NCBI GenBank assembly: GCA_964016885.1
Contig: OZ024740.1
Span: 401,512,001-401,576,000, forward strand
Direction: 5' to 3'
DNA: 64,000 nt
Source of the DNA: Eledone cirrhosa
Lineage: Eukaryota
Made by a program: the position numbers and the translations under genes. The notes beneath the pieces are model-generated. The model ran no database searches. It was not told where the DNA came from and saw only the letters and a list, made by a program, of their open reading frames with translations. Every line of letters starts with the position of its first letter. Position 1 is the first letter of the stretch. This document shows positions 1-13,868 of this stretch, piece after piece.

Positions 1-3000
1 TACAGTATAGACCATTAAGTAGAATCACTAAAACATTGAACACTATGTAGAATCAACACAACATAGAACACTATGTAGAATCAGTACAACATAGAACACT
101 ATGTAGAATCAGTACAACATAGAACACTATGTAGAATCAGCACAGCATAGAACACTATGTAGAATCAGTACAGTATAGAACACTATGTATAATCAGTACA
201 ACATAGAACACTATGTAGAATCAGTACAGTATAGAACACTATGTAGGATCAGTACAATATAGAACACTATGTATAATCAGTGCAGTATAGACCACTATGT
301 AGAATCACTAAAACATTGAACACTATGTAGAATCAACACAACATAGAACACTATATAGAATCAGTACACTATAGAACACTATGTAGATTCAGTACAACAT
401 AGAACACTATTTAGAATCAGCACAACATAGATCACTATGTAGAATCAATACAACATAGAACACTATGTAGAATCAGTACAACAGAGAACACTATGTAGAA
501 TCAGTACAGTATAGAACACTATGTAGAATCAGTATGACATAGAACATTATGTATAATCAGTACATCATAGAACACTATTTAGAATCAGTACAGTATAGAA
601 CACTATGTAGAATGAGTACAGTATAGAACACTATGTAGAATCAGTACATTATAGAACACTATGTAGAATATGTGCATCATAGAACACTATGTATAATCAG
701 TACAGTAGAGAACACTATGTAGAATCAGTACAGTAGAGAACACTATGTAGAATCAGTACAGTATAGACTACTATGTAGAATCAGTACAACATAGAACACT
801 ATGTAGAATCAGTACAGTATAGAACACTATGTAGAATCAATACAACATAGAACACTATGTAGAATTAGTACAGTATAGAACACTATGTAAATGCAGTACA
901 ACATAGAACACTATGTAGAATCAGTACAACATAGAACACTATGTAGAATCACTAAAACATTGAACACTATGTAGAATCAATATAACATAGAACACTATGT
1001 AGAATTAGTACAGTATAGAACACTATGTAGAATCAGTACAACATAGAACACTATGTAGAATCAGTACATCATAGAACACTATGTAGAATCAGTACAACAT
1101 AGAACACTATGAAGAATCAGCACAACATAGAACACTATGTAGAATCAACAAAACATAGAACACTATGTAGAATCAGTACAGTAGAGAGCACTATGTAGAA
1201 TCAGTACAACATAGAACACTATGTAGAATCAGTACAATATAGAAAACTATGTAGAATCATTACAGTATAGAACACTATGTAGAATCAGTACAGTATAGAA
1301 CACTATGTATAATCAGTACAACATAGAACACTATGTATAATCTGTACTGTATAGAACACTATGTAGTATCAGTACAACATAGAACACTATGTAGAATCAG
1401 TACCACATAGAACACTATGTAGATTCAGTACAGTATAGAACACTATGTAGAATCAGTACAACATAGAACATTATGTAGAAAAAGTAGATCATAGAACACT
1501 ATGTAGAATCAGTACATTATAGAACACTATGTAGAATATGTGCATCATACAACACTATGTATAATCAGTACAGTAGAGAACACTATGTAGAATCAGTACA
1601 GTAGAGAGCACTATGTAGAATCAGTACAGTATAGACTACTGCGCAGAATCAGTACAGTATAGAACACTATGTAGAATCAGTACAGTATAGAACACTATGT
1701 AGAATCAATACAACATAGAACACTATGTAGAATTAGTACAGTATAGAACACTATGTAAATGCAGTACAACATAGAACACTATGTAGAATCAGTACAACAT
1801 AGAACACTATGTAGAATCAGCACAGCATAGAACACTATGTAGTATCAATATAACATAGAACACTATGTAGAATTAGTACAGTATAGAACACTATGTAGAA
1901 TCAGTACAACATAGAACACTATGTAGAATCAGTACATCATAGAACACTATGTAGAATCAGTACAGTATAGAATACTATGTAGAATCAGTACAGTATAGAA
2001 CACTATGTAGAATCAGTACAACATAGAACACTATGTAGAATCAGCACAACATATAATACTATGTAGAATCAACAAAACATAGAACACTATGTAGAATCAG
2101 TACAGTAGAGAGCACTATGTAGAATCAGTACAACATAGAACACTATGTAGAATCAGTACAATATAGAAAACTATGTAGAATCATTACAGTATAGAACACT
2201 ATGTAGAATCAGTACAGTATAGAACACTATGTAGAATCAGTACAGCATAGAACACTATGTAGAATCAGTACAGTATAGACTACTATGCAGAATCAGTACA
2301 GTATAGAACACTATGTAGAATCACTACAGTATAGAACACTATGTAGATTCAGTACAGTATAGAACACTATGTAGAATCAGTACAACATAGAACATTATGT
2401 AGAAAAAGTAGATCATAGAACACTATGTAGAATCAGTACAGTAGAGAGCACTATGTAGAATCAGTACAACATAGAACACTATGCAGAATCAGTACAGTAT
2501 AGAACTCTATGCAGAATCAGTACAACATAGGACACTATTTAGAATCAGCACAACATAGAACATTATGTAGAATCAATACAACATAGAACACTATGTAGAA
2601 TCAGTACAGTATAGACTACTATGCAGAATCAGTACAGTATAGAACACTATGTAGAATCACTACAGTATAGAACACTATGTAGAATCAGTACAATATAGAA
2701 CACTATGTAGAATCAGTAAGTATAGAACACTATTTAGAATCAGTACACTATAGAACACTATGTAAAATCAGTACAACATAGAACACTATGTAGAATCAGT
2801 ACAGTATAGAAAACTATGTAGAATCAGTACAACATAGAACACTATGTAGAATATGTGCATCATAGAACACTATGTAGAATCAGTACAGTAGAGAACACTA
2901 TGTAGAATCAGTACAACATAGAACACTATGTAGAATCAGTACAACATAGAACAATATGTAGAATAAGTACAACATAGAACACCATGTAGAATCAACTCAA

Positions 3001-6000
3001 CATAGAACATTACGTAGAATCAGTACAACAGAGAACACTATGTAGAATCAGTATAACATAGAACACTATGTAGAATCAGTACAGTATAGAACACTATGTA
3101 GAATCAATACAACATAGAACACTATGTATAATCAGTACAGTATAGACCACTAAGTAGAATCACTAAAACATTGAACACTATTTAGAATCAACACAACATA
3201 GAACACTATGTAGAATCAGTGCAACATAGAACACTATGTAGAATCAGTACAACATAGAACACTATGTAGAATCAGCACAGCATAGAACACTATGTAGAAT
3301 CAGTACAGTATAGAACACTATGTAGAATCAGTACAACATAGAACACTATGTAGAATCAGTACAATATAGACTACTATGCAGAATCGGTACAGTATAGAAC
3401 ACTATGTAGAATCAGTACAACATAGAACACTATGTATAATCAGTACAGTATAGACCACTATGTAGAATCACTAAAACATTGAACACTATGTAGAATCAAC
3501 ACAACATAGAACACTATGTAGAATCCGTACACTATAGAACACTATGTAGAATCAGCACACCATAGAACACTATGTAGAATCAATACAACATAGAACACTA
3601 TGTAGAATCAGTACAGTATAGAACACTATGTAGAATCAGTACAGTATAGAACACTATGTAGAATCAGTACAACATAGAACATTATGTATAATCAGTACAT
3701 CATAGAATACTATGTAGAATCAGTACAGTATAGAACACTATGTAGAATCAGTACAGTATAGAACACTATGTAGAATCAGTACATTATAGAACACTATGTA
3801 GAATATGTGCATCATAGAACACTATGTAGAATCACTACAGTAGAGAACACTATGTAGAATCAGTACAGTAGAGAACACTATGTAGAATCAGTACAGTATA
3901 GACTACAATGCAGCATCAGTACAGTATAGAACACTATGTAGAATCAGTACAACATAGAACACTATGTAGAATTAGTACAGTATAGAACACTATGTAGATT
4001 CAGTACAACATAGAACACTATGTAGAATCAGAACAACATAGGACACTATGTAGAATCAGCACAGCATAGAACACTATGTAGAATCAATACAACATAGAAC
4101 ACTATGTAGAATTTGTACAGTATAGAACACTATGTAGAATCAGTACAGTATAGAACACTATGTAGAATCAGTACATCATAGAACACTATGTAGAATCAGT
4201 ACAGTATAGAATACTATGTAGAATCAGTACAGTATAGAACACTATGTAGAAGCAGTACAGTATAGAACACTATGTAGAATCAGTACAACATAGACCACTA
4301 TGTAGAATCAGTACAGTATAGAGCACTATGTAGAATCAGTACAACATAGAACACTATGTAGAATCAGCACAACATAGAACACTATGTAGAATCAATACAA
4401 CATAGAACACTATGTAGAATCAGTACAGTAGAGAGCACTATGTAGAATCAGTACAACATAGAACACTATGAAAAATCAGCACAACGTAGAAAACTATGTA
4501 GAATCAATACAACATAGAACACTATGTAGAATCAGTACAGTATAGAACACTATGTAGAATATGTACAACATAGAACATTATGTAGAATCAGTACATCATA
4601 GAACACTATGTAGAATCAGTACAGTATAGAATACTATGTAGTATCAGTACAGTATAGAACACTATGTAGTATCAGTACAGTATAGAACACTATGTAGAAT
4701 CAGTACAACATAGAACACTATGTAGAATCTGTGCATCATAGAACACTATGTAGAATCAGTACAACATATAACACTATGTATAATTAGTACTGTATAGAAC
4801 ACTATGCAGAATCAGTACAACATAGAACACTATGTAGAATCAGTACAACATAGAACATTATGTAGAAAAAGTAGATCATAGAACGCTATGTAGAATCAGT
4901 ACAGTAGAGAGCACTATGTAGAATCAGTACAACATAGGACACCATGAGGAATCAGTACAGTATAGAACACATTGTAGAATCAGTACAACATACAACACTA
5001 TTTAGAATCAGCACAGCATAGAACATTATGTAGAATCAATACAACATAGAACACTATTTAGAATCAGTACAGTATAGACTACTATGCAGAATCAGTACAG
5101 TATAGAACACTATGTTGAATCAGTACAGTATAGAACACTATGTAGTATCAGTACAACATAGAACACTATTTAGAATCAGCACAACATAGAACACTATGTA
5201 GAATCAATACAACATAGAACACTATGTAGAAGCAGTACAACATAGAACACTATGCAGAATCAGTACAGTATAGATTACTATGTAGAATCAGTACAACATA
5301 GTACACTATGTAGAATCAGTACAGTATAGACTACTATGCAGAATCAGTACAGTATAGAACACTATGTAGAATCAGTACAACATAGAACACTATGTAGAAT
5401 CAGTACAACATAGAACACTATGTATAATCAGTACAGTATAGAACACTATGTATAATCAGTACAGTATAGAACACCATGTAGAATCAGTACAACATACAAC
5501 ACTGTTTAGAATCAGTACAACATAGAACACTATATATAATCAGTACATCACAGGGCACTATGTAGAATCAGTACAGTATAGAACACTATGTAGAATCAGT
5601 ACAGTATAGAACACTATGTAGAATCAGTACAGTATAGAACACTATGTAGTATCAGTACAACATAGAACAATATGTAGAATATGTGCATCATAGAACACTA
5701 TGTAGAATCAGTACAGTAAAGAACACTATGTAGAATCAGTACAACATAGAACACTATGCAGAATCAGTACAGTAGAGAACACTATGTAGAATCAGTACAA
5801 CATAGAACACTATGTAGAATCAGTACAGTTGAGAACTCTATGTAGAATCAGTACAACATAGAACACTATGTATAATCAGTACAGTATAGAACACTATGTA
5901 GAATCAGTACAGTAGAGAACACTATGTAGAATCAGTACAACATAGAACACTATGTAGAATCAGTAGAGTTGAGAACACTATGTAGAATCAGTACAACATA

Positions 6001-6178
6001 GAACACTATGTATAATCAGTACAACATAGAACACTATGTAGAATCAGTACAACATAGAACACTATGTATAATCAGTACAACATAAAACACTATGTAGAAT
6101 CAGTACAGTATAAAACACTACTTAGAATCAGTATAACATAGAACACTATGTAGAATAAGTATAGCATAGAACATTATG
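1..6178. repeat. Tandem satellite, 28-bp monomer (consensus ~TAGAACACTATGTAGAATCAGTACAACA / ...TACAGTA), ~220 copies, runs off the window start
   Basis: Uninterrupted 28-nt periodicity with point variants and rare 1-nt indels (e.g. ~2718). Confidence 0.98.
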
Positions 6179-6363
6179 TTTCATGGCATAGCTACGTCGC
6201 TTTACCATCTGAATTCAAACCCACGGAGGTTAACTCTCCCATTCTTCCTTTTGGGGTCGATTAATTTAGTACTATTAACGCACTGTGGTATTTTTAATCT
6301 ACATACCTCTTTTGGCCTTGTGCCTAAATCACAAACCATTACTATTATTATTACTATTACTAT
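6179..6363 (+). mobile_element. tRNA-derived SINE, diverged copy whose head is replaced by the satellite
   Basis: Colinear with the copy at 44938 (GCATAG..CTGAATTCAAAC..GAGGTTAACT..GGGGTCGAT..GGCCTTGTGCCTAAA); (ATT/ACT)n tail. Confidence 0.85.
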
Positions 6364-6364
6364 A

Positions 6365-6572
6365 AGGGCGGAGGATTGGCAGTATCGGTAGATGGTGGGA
6401 CGCCATGCTTTGACGCATAGAGTTGCAGCCCTTTCTATTCTGAGTTCTAATCCCGCCAAGGTTAACTTTGCCTTTCATCCATACGGGGTGGATAAAATAA
6501 AGTACCAGTAATGCCCTGGGTAATTTGCTGGCCTTGTGCCAAAAATAGAAACAATTGTTATTATTATTATTA
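6365..6572 (+). mobile_element. tRNA-derived SINE, full length
   Basis: A-box-like TGGCAGTATCGG, B-box-like GAGTTCTAATCC, body GCCTTTCATCC..GGGGT.GATAAAATAAAGTACCAG, (ATT)n tail; many homologues in the window. Confidence 0.9.
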
Positions 6573-7708
6573 CGGTTGCATTTATCTTACTTTATGTTCA
6601 TACGAGTTATCACCAAGTCACAACCAGTAAACTCAAGAGACAACAAGGTCCGCCATGTTCAAGAAAGGACATACATGCACACATATGCATATTTAGGTGT
6701 TTAGACTTGTAATGTACTTATATTGACATAATCTTCCTTATTATATGGGCAGTTCCCATTAGTACTTTCTTTTGTATACCTATACGCGGGTTTCCTGGGA
6801 TTTGCAATAAGTAATCATTAGACCCCTTAGGTATCATTCCTAGAGCGCCTACAACCACTGTTATTGTTTTAGTTCTCAATTTCCACATTTTTCCAATTTC
6901 TATCTCCAGGTCCTTATACTTGCTCAATGTTTCTATAGATACATTCTTGTCTATTGGAACGGACATATCAATTAGTAAGCATACCCTCTTTTTAAAGTCC
7001 TTCAGTATTATATCAGGTCTATTTGCATCTATTTTTCAGTCTGTTTGAATGCTAAAGTTCCACAAGATTGATATGTGATCTTTTTCAAGTACGGGAGGTG
7101 GTTGATGCTCCCACCAATTCTTTTGATGGGGGAGGTCAAAATGCTTACACATTATCCAATGTATGTATTGTGCAGCTCTATCGTGCCTGTTTAGGTATTC
7201 GGTTGGAGCTATAGGACTGCACATTGAAATTATATGATCAATGGTCTCTGGTTGATTTTAACATACACGGCATAATGGGTTGCATCCATTTTTTATTATG
7301 TTGGCTTGGTAATTTTTTGTTGGCAGACACTGATCTTGGGCTGATATAATCAGTCCTTCAGTTTCTAATTTCAGTCCAGGGGATGCCAACCACTGATGTG
7401 TTAAAGTTTTGTCAACATCAGGATTGTTAGCTCTTTCTGGGTATTTTCCATTACAGAGGCTTTTCATGCCATCTCTTAGCGAGTTTCTGTAGCAGTTCTT
7501 TCTTTGCAATTACTTTTACCTGCTTTGCTTTTTCTGTGTTGTTCATTTCAGCAGTAAATGGAACTCTGAAATTTGTAGTCCATTACTGTATCTTTGTGCA
7601 TCTTTTGTAATGGAGTATGATCTTTTGATGCTTTCGTGTTTCAAAACGAGTTTGATCATCCAATCATGTGATTCCCTGAGATATGTAGATAATCCAATTG
7701 TTGCAGTT
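6573..7708 (-). mobile_element. 5'-truncated, frameshifted R4/Dong-like non-LTR retrotransposon (zinc knuckle + restriction-like endonuclease, 3' UTR, (TAA)n tail)
   Basis: Minus-strand pieces ETEGLIISAQDQCLPTKNY, CRVC..ETIDHIISMC, RHDRAAQYIHW, RPDIILKD..LLIDMSVP, KYKDLEIEI, VVVGALG; flanked by (TTA)n on both sides. Confidence 0.85.
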
Positions 7709-7929
7709 CTATTATTATTATTATTGGTCTAAGCGGACGTATTTTGCTCGCTCACAGTAAGTAGCTTTATTTGCCTGTTAAAATTATTTGTTTTTAAATA
7801 TTTCTTGTTGTGTAACGGATATAAGCCCTTAGACTTTGCCCCGTGAAGGGGAAAGTATAATATTTGAGCCTTTTGGCCCAAATATTTGAACTTTTTTTTA
7901 CATGGTAAAATTTTACGAAGAAGAAAAAC

Positions 7930-9911
7930 ATGGCTGAGCCACGCCCCTCAGCGATATGTCGGCTGTCGTGCGACAACGACGTAGAAGTTGAGAGGAACGC
8001 TACTGCGAAATTAACACACATTGATAACTCAAACACCACCACAAACAAGGTAAACAAAGACACCAATGATACCAATAAGAACTCTAATTTTGAAAAAAAT
8101 GACAGTAACAGCGACAACGTAAATACAGAAAAAAAAAAAAAACAAAACAAATACAACAACAATATCAACACCACTAACATGAAAACAAATAGCGACAACA
8201 CCAACAGCAACAATACCAACTGCACCGAGAACAACGGTGGCAACAAAGACAACAATGATAACAGCGACAGTGCTAACAACAACACCAACAAGAACAACGA
8301 CAACAAGACCCCCAACGAAAACAAGAAGAACACTTTCGCTGCGGCAGCAGCAAGAAAGAGGCCATGCTTCAACATGGACCTCTCAAACAAAGATGAAAAG
8401 TTGGCCCAGGCATGGAAGCTCATCAAGCAAGAGCAAACTTGGGCCAACTTAACTGTCCCAGTAGAAGCTATTGAGGCAGTGGAGCGCAAAACGGTGCATT
8501 ATAGATGCATCTCAGCACAAACCAAAAGGGCAGCTTTAATCCCACAAGAAGATGTCGAAGTCGTTCTGAGGTGTATCAGAGAAGACACCCAGTACATAGA
8601 GTGGGGCAGACAGTACGGCACCATTTCGGTGTTGTTCAAGTCAGAAGCCCTTGCTATGAAACACGCTATGACTCCTTGCAAAACCAGCAAGGTCATAATG
8701 TACCCCTCCCACATGGGAAAAAGAACGGCCCGTCTCCGCATTCCCAGAATCCCACCAGGACTTGACATATGGTGGCTTCTGGGATGTGTGATTGTGGAGG
8801 GGACGGATACAGTCCCTATAGAAGTGACCAGAACGACCAGAGAGGACTGGTCCGGCGTTGACTTGGAGATCCTTCTCAAGATCAGGCCCGAGAATGTGAA
8901 GACAATCCCGTACCACATCCGCCTTCAGAATGGGACGGTCATTCACATTATGACCGAAGGAAAAAGGCCGCAGTGTTTTGTTTGTAGGGAAAAACCCCAT
9001 TTGCGAGCCTTCTGCCCTCAACTGCTGAAAGAGGGAAGGGGTTGAAAGGCTCCACTGCTGCCGACGCCGAGTCGAGGACCACAACCAACACCAGCACCGG
9101 CAAAACCACCAACAACAACACCAATAGAAAGACCACCAGCAACATTGACCACCCAGGGGGGAAACGAGGAAAGCTGTCAAATTCCCCCTCCCCCCAAAAA
9201 ACACACACCAATAAAACTAGAAACATACATACAGACACACTTACAGACAAAGACCCCTCATCTACCAGTAGTGAAAATGAGGGAAATCCCAAATCCCCCA
9301 AAATACAAAAAAGGAAAAAGGAAACACTAAAAAGAAAAAAAAACTCAACAAAGCACAAAAGCACCCACAATAAAAAACGCAGACACCACCCACGCAAACG
9401 TCTCTCCAATAACACAACATCAACACCACCATCACCACCAGAATCCCCCAAACGCAAACAACCGAAACAGACGCAAGAACAAATATACACACAAACATCT
9501 GAAACCACAGACACCGCACTCACAACAAACACAGATACAACCGAAACAACGCCACCAAATCCATCACCACCACAGCCACGCAAACAAATAAAATCACACC
9601 AACAAAACATACAAAACTTCTTGCTCGTCAGGAGAGCCAACAAGGAACTGATGGCCCTCGTAGGACGAAGTGAAAATATACAAAAAGAGGGAGAAATTTT
9701 AAAATCGAGCACATTTCGCGTGCCGGAAGATTTGATTGTGGTGCGAATGTCGCTCAACATATTCAAAGAAATACGAGACAGCTTTCCTCGGGACGTGGTA
9801 ACCCCGAACGTAAAACCCACTTCAAGACTTTTAAAGGGGTTCCCAAAAGAAACCCCACTAACTATGGAGGTCGAACAACCCGACCTTCATAAAAGCCCGG
9901 AAGGTAAGTAA
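7930..9911 (+). pseudogene. Tx1 ORF1 (gag-like) split into 7930-9045 and 9042-9911
   Basis: Asn/Thr-rich N-terminus, CFVCREKPHLRAFC zinc knuckle, basic Pro/Thr-rich C-terminal part in an overlapping frame. Confidence 0.8.
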
Positions 9912-9942
9912 ACCTTCCTCTCTCTCTGTTTAACCTGCCAAC

Positions 9943-12900
9943 ATGGCCGTATTAAGAGTAGGATGTTTAAATGCTCGAGGCCTGGGATCGTCCTGGAAGC
10001 AGAGTCACCTGCTCAACGACCTCAGGACTATAGAAATGGATGTAATTGCAGTCAGCGAGACCAGGATTTCCGACACGCGCGCACTAGCCCACATTTTCGA
10101 CGACGATCAGATCTGTTAGCCGGTCGGGAATGGGAGGAGAGGTGGCAGTGCTGTTTAGGAAATGCCTGGATCTCGAGGTAAGGTCGATCTTCCGGGACCC
10201 GGACGGGAAGTTGGTGGTCCTGGAAGTGAACAATAATGAAGGTGGTGCCTTTAGACGGGTGGCCGTCTATGCTCCTACTAGGGCAGCACGGCCGGACTTC
10301 TTTAGACGCCTGGAAGACTTTCTGGGTACGTCTTGCCCTTTACTGTTAGCGGGGGACTGGAACGGCATCTTAGACGCACGCTGGGACTGTGTGGGAGTAT
10401 CCGATAGGAGCGGGGGGTGCAAAAGCCTCGAGAACCTGATCAGCCAGTCCCAACTGTCTGACAGGAACCGACTAGATTTCCCTAATGCGCCAGTGTGGAC
10501 CTGGGCTAACCCCATAAGGCCATCTAGATCGTATATAGACAGGATATTCATTAGGAAAATAGACAGAAATAGTGTAAGATGTCCACGTTTTGAAACGGTC
10601 ACCTATTCAGATCACAAGTTTGTGATCTGTATGGTCGACCTAGATAAGACACGTAGGTTAGGACCTGGTTACTGGAAGCTAAACATGTCATTTCCGGCAC
10701 GTAAGGCTTACAGGGACCAGGTCAACAATTTAGTGAAGAAAAAGTTGACAGTGGGAATCGTCGACAATAGATGGTGGGGGGCTCTCAAAAGAGAGATTAG
10801 AGTAATGTCGATAGAGTTTAGCAAAGAAGTAGCATTAGAGAAAAATAGAAGGGAGGGGGAGTTGGTAGATAAGTTAGACGAGGCTATTGGTAGTGGCATT
10901 GCAACTGACATGCTAGCGGCGAGAATGGCATTAGACCATTTCTTCAATGCGAAACACGAAGGTTGCATTGTCAGAGCTAAGGCGCGTGCTCTGAGAAACG
11001 AGGGAACCAAAGCTGTTCGATGGGCCCGCGTGGCAGAGGCGCAGCGTGGTAATAAATCCACGATTCGGTCTTTGACGGACCGAGACGGGCACGAGCTGAG
11101 CGATTCCAAGAGGATGTGTGAGGCCTTTCGTCAACATTTTGCTCGGTTGTTCGGGGGAAGTGGCGGGTCAGAGGTGGTGGCGGACTTCAGTCACTACCTC
11201 GATGGCTTGCCGCAACTCTCGACGGCTGTCTCTGGGCGCTGCGAAAGGCCAATTACTTCAGCCGAGATTCAGGATGCCCTTGTCGGCTGCATGAGGCGAA
11301 AGTCACCGGGTTTGGATGGTCTGCTCTACAAGCTTTTCGTAAATATGCCAGACTTGTTCTCCAATCTCCTCGAAGCCCTCTACTGCAACTGGCAGCAAAA
11401 TGGGAGTATTCCCAGTTTTGTGAGCCGGGGCGTAGTGACGCTGATCAGGAAAGACGAGAACAAGAGGGACACATTAGACAATTTCAGGCCCATAACTCTG
11501 CTCAACACAGAGTTTAAGATTTTGGCCAGGGTGTTAGCGAAGAGGTTGGCACTTGTTGTTGGGGATTTGGTTGGGGAGGCGCATCCCAACCAGGTCCATA
11601 CACGACAACCTCCACCTAATGCGATACATCATAGAGAGGGTAGGGTGTAAACCTGGCTTCGGTGGGGCTCTGATCAATTTAGATCAATCGAAAGCATTCG
11701 ATAGTGTCGACGATCGGTACCTGGAGGCTGTCCTCAAGGCGGTTGGCTTCAGCCCCGTCTTCAGAAGCTGGATCGCTGCAATTCACAGCGGCACCTGCTC
11801 GATGGTCAAAATTAATGGCCACCTCTCGGAACCGTTTCAGGTCTCCCGATCGGTCCGTCAAGGGTGCCCTCTCTCCTCCCTTCTGTACGTACTGACACTC
11901 GAGCCTTTACTGCGGAAGCTGGAACTGTTGCAGGTCCTCCCGCTCGAACCGGGACGCGGAAAGGCTGTGTCGGCTTATGCGGACGACATCACCGTGATGG
12001 TGTCGGACACCTCAGAAATCGAGGTGGTTGGCAACTTATTGGAGGAATATGAAAGGTTAATGGGAGCAAATCTTAACCCGGAAAAGTCAGTGGGCTTGCA
12101 ACTCGGCACCTGGAGAGGAAAGTCCATGCCGTCCAACAGCGTCGTTAGGCGCTGGACGGACGGACCGGAAAAGTTGCTAGGGGTTTGGTTCGGGCCAGAC
12201 CTCCAGGTGGATAAGAATTGGGACGAGGTGACGGGCAGTGTAGTCAGTCTCACCCAGAAATGGGCTGGGTTGAAGCTATCACTGAAAGGCCGGGCGGAGC
12301 TGGCGAACGCGTACATCGCGTCCGTCATCTACTACCGTCTGACTGTCGTCCCTCGCCCCCGTTCGCGCCTCGCCATCTTGGAACGGCTGCTCTTCAAATT
12401 CTTGTGGAGGGGTCAGGTTCCGCTGGTGCGGCGGTCCATCTGCTGCCAGCACACTCTACGTGGAGGGCTGGGCATGCCGTGACTAATGATGCGCAGGCAC
12501 GCGCTAAGGCTGTGGCATCTCCAGATATTCTGCCTAAACGGTGAACAGGTGTGGTCGCCGTTTGTCAGACGGGCTTTTCCGCAGCTCGTTTCTTTGACTG
12601 AGTTGCAGTCCTGGGTCAAGAAGAGACCGAGACTGGGTGACTGGCATCTGGAATGTTACCAGGCACTCACTACCCTCTACCATGTGGGCAATACGGTCAG
12701 TGGAACGTCCACTCTCGAGTTCTATAGAGGATTAGTGGTGGGCAAGTGCGACGACGCACTCGGAGAGGGTCTGGGAGTCAACGAAGTCGAACTAACCAGT
12801 CTGTACCGGAGGACTTTCGAGCCTTGGACGATGAATAATTTAACCAAAATCCCTCGCTTGGCAGTGCTACTGGGCGGCACTGCCGGTTCGATATAAACTC

Positions 12901-13347
12901 TACAGGCACGGAAGTGCTGTCAGACGGACCTGCCCGAGATGCGCGCAGAGCGACGAAACCGTTCTGCACGCACTCGTCCAGAATCCGTGCATTACTGACT
13001 TGTGGAGTTATGTTGAACAGCTGTTGTCGCGTGTAGAACGGATCCGGCTATCGGCCGAGTCCATAGTGAAGATCGACCCGCCGCCTTCTTTTGGCCAGGA
13101 GGAGCAGGCAATTTTCCTCTGTCTGGTGGCAGTAGCGAAAGAGGTTGTATGGTGGACGAGGTTGAAAGGACTGAAGACAGACACTTTTCTCTTCGGCCAA
13201 TCCCTCATCAACTTTTTCAAGTTTCACTTGGAAAGGAAGGTGAGGGTGGAGAGAGAAGTGCTGCCCCCCAGTACATTTGCTGAAAGGTGGGTGAATGTGG
13301 CGAGAATGGCCCGTGTGAGTGGGCCTACTTTGGTCATGCGGCTGTAG
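9943..13347 (+). pseudogene. Tx1 ORF2: AP endonuclease + reverse transcriptase + C-terminal Cys/His motif, broken into about six pieces
   Basis: MAVLRVGCLNARGL, VYAP, GDWN, SYIDRIF, SDH, PGYWKLN, KSPGLDG, FRPITLLN, LDQSKAFD, VRQGCPLS, YADD, GGLGMP, CPRC..ETVLH. Confidence 0.93.
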
Positions 13348-13642
13348 GTAGGTAAATTTGAAGATGAGAGGGGTGCCCTTCCAGGGTGCTCTCAAAGCGT
13401 CGGGTCGTTCAAGACTGGTGGGGTACCTGAGCGAACCCTAGGTGGTCATCCCCCCTATTGCGGAATTTTTTTATTGTAATTTTATTGTTACTTTACTGTT
13501 ACTTTGTTATTGTTACTTTGTTTATTCATATTGTTTACTCGATTTTTCTGTAAAACCCCACTGTCCCAGTCTTTTGTATTGTCCCCTATATGTCGGTCCT
13601 TGTGGCCAATAAATAAAATCATTATTATTATCATTATCATTG

Positions 13643-13868
13643 AGGGCGGTGGATTGGCAGTATCGGTAGAGGGTGGGACGCCATGCTTTGCAGGATAGAG
13701 TTACGGCTCTTTATGATCTGAGCTCAAATCCCGCCGAGGTTAACTTTGCCTTTCATCCTTATGGGGTCGATTAAATAAAGTACCAGTGACGGACTTAAAC
13801 GACTTTCACCTCCCCCCACATTACTGGCCTTGGGCCTATATAAGAAAGCATTATTATCATTATCATTA
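13643..13868 (+). mobile_element. tRNA-derived SINE
   Basis: Same head and body as 6365; ATT/ATC tail. Confidence 0.88.

Larger units (their letters stand above)
7727..13620 (+). mobile_element. Full-length Tx1/L1-clade LINE, disrupted by frameshifts and stops
   Basis: 5' UTR, ORF1 with CCHC knuckle, ORF2 APE-RT-zinc finger, 3' UTR with AATAAA near 13609; (ATT)n on both flanks. Confidence 0.93.

Noticed and set aside
1-6178. CRISPR-like array (constant part plus variable ACAAC/ACAGT segment)
   Set aside because: No unique spacers; the variable part is a few substitutions within a tandem 28-mer; eukaryotic context, no cas genes.
7794-9820. Hydrophobic membrane-like ORFs on the minus strand
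   Set aside because: Antisense shadows of the A/C-rich Tx1 ORF1.
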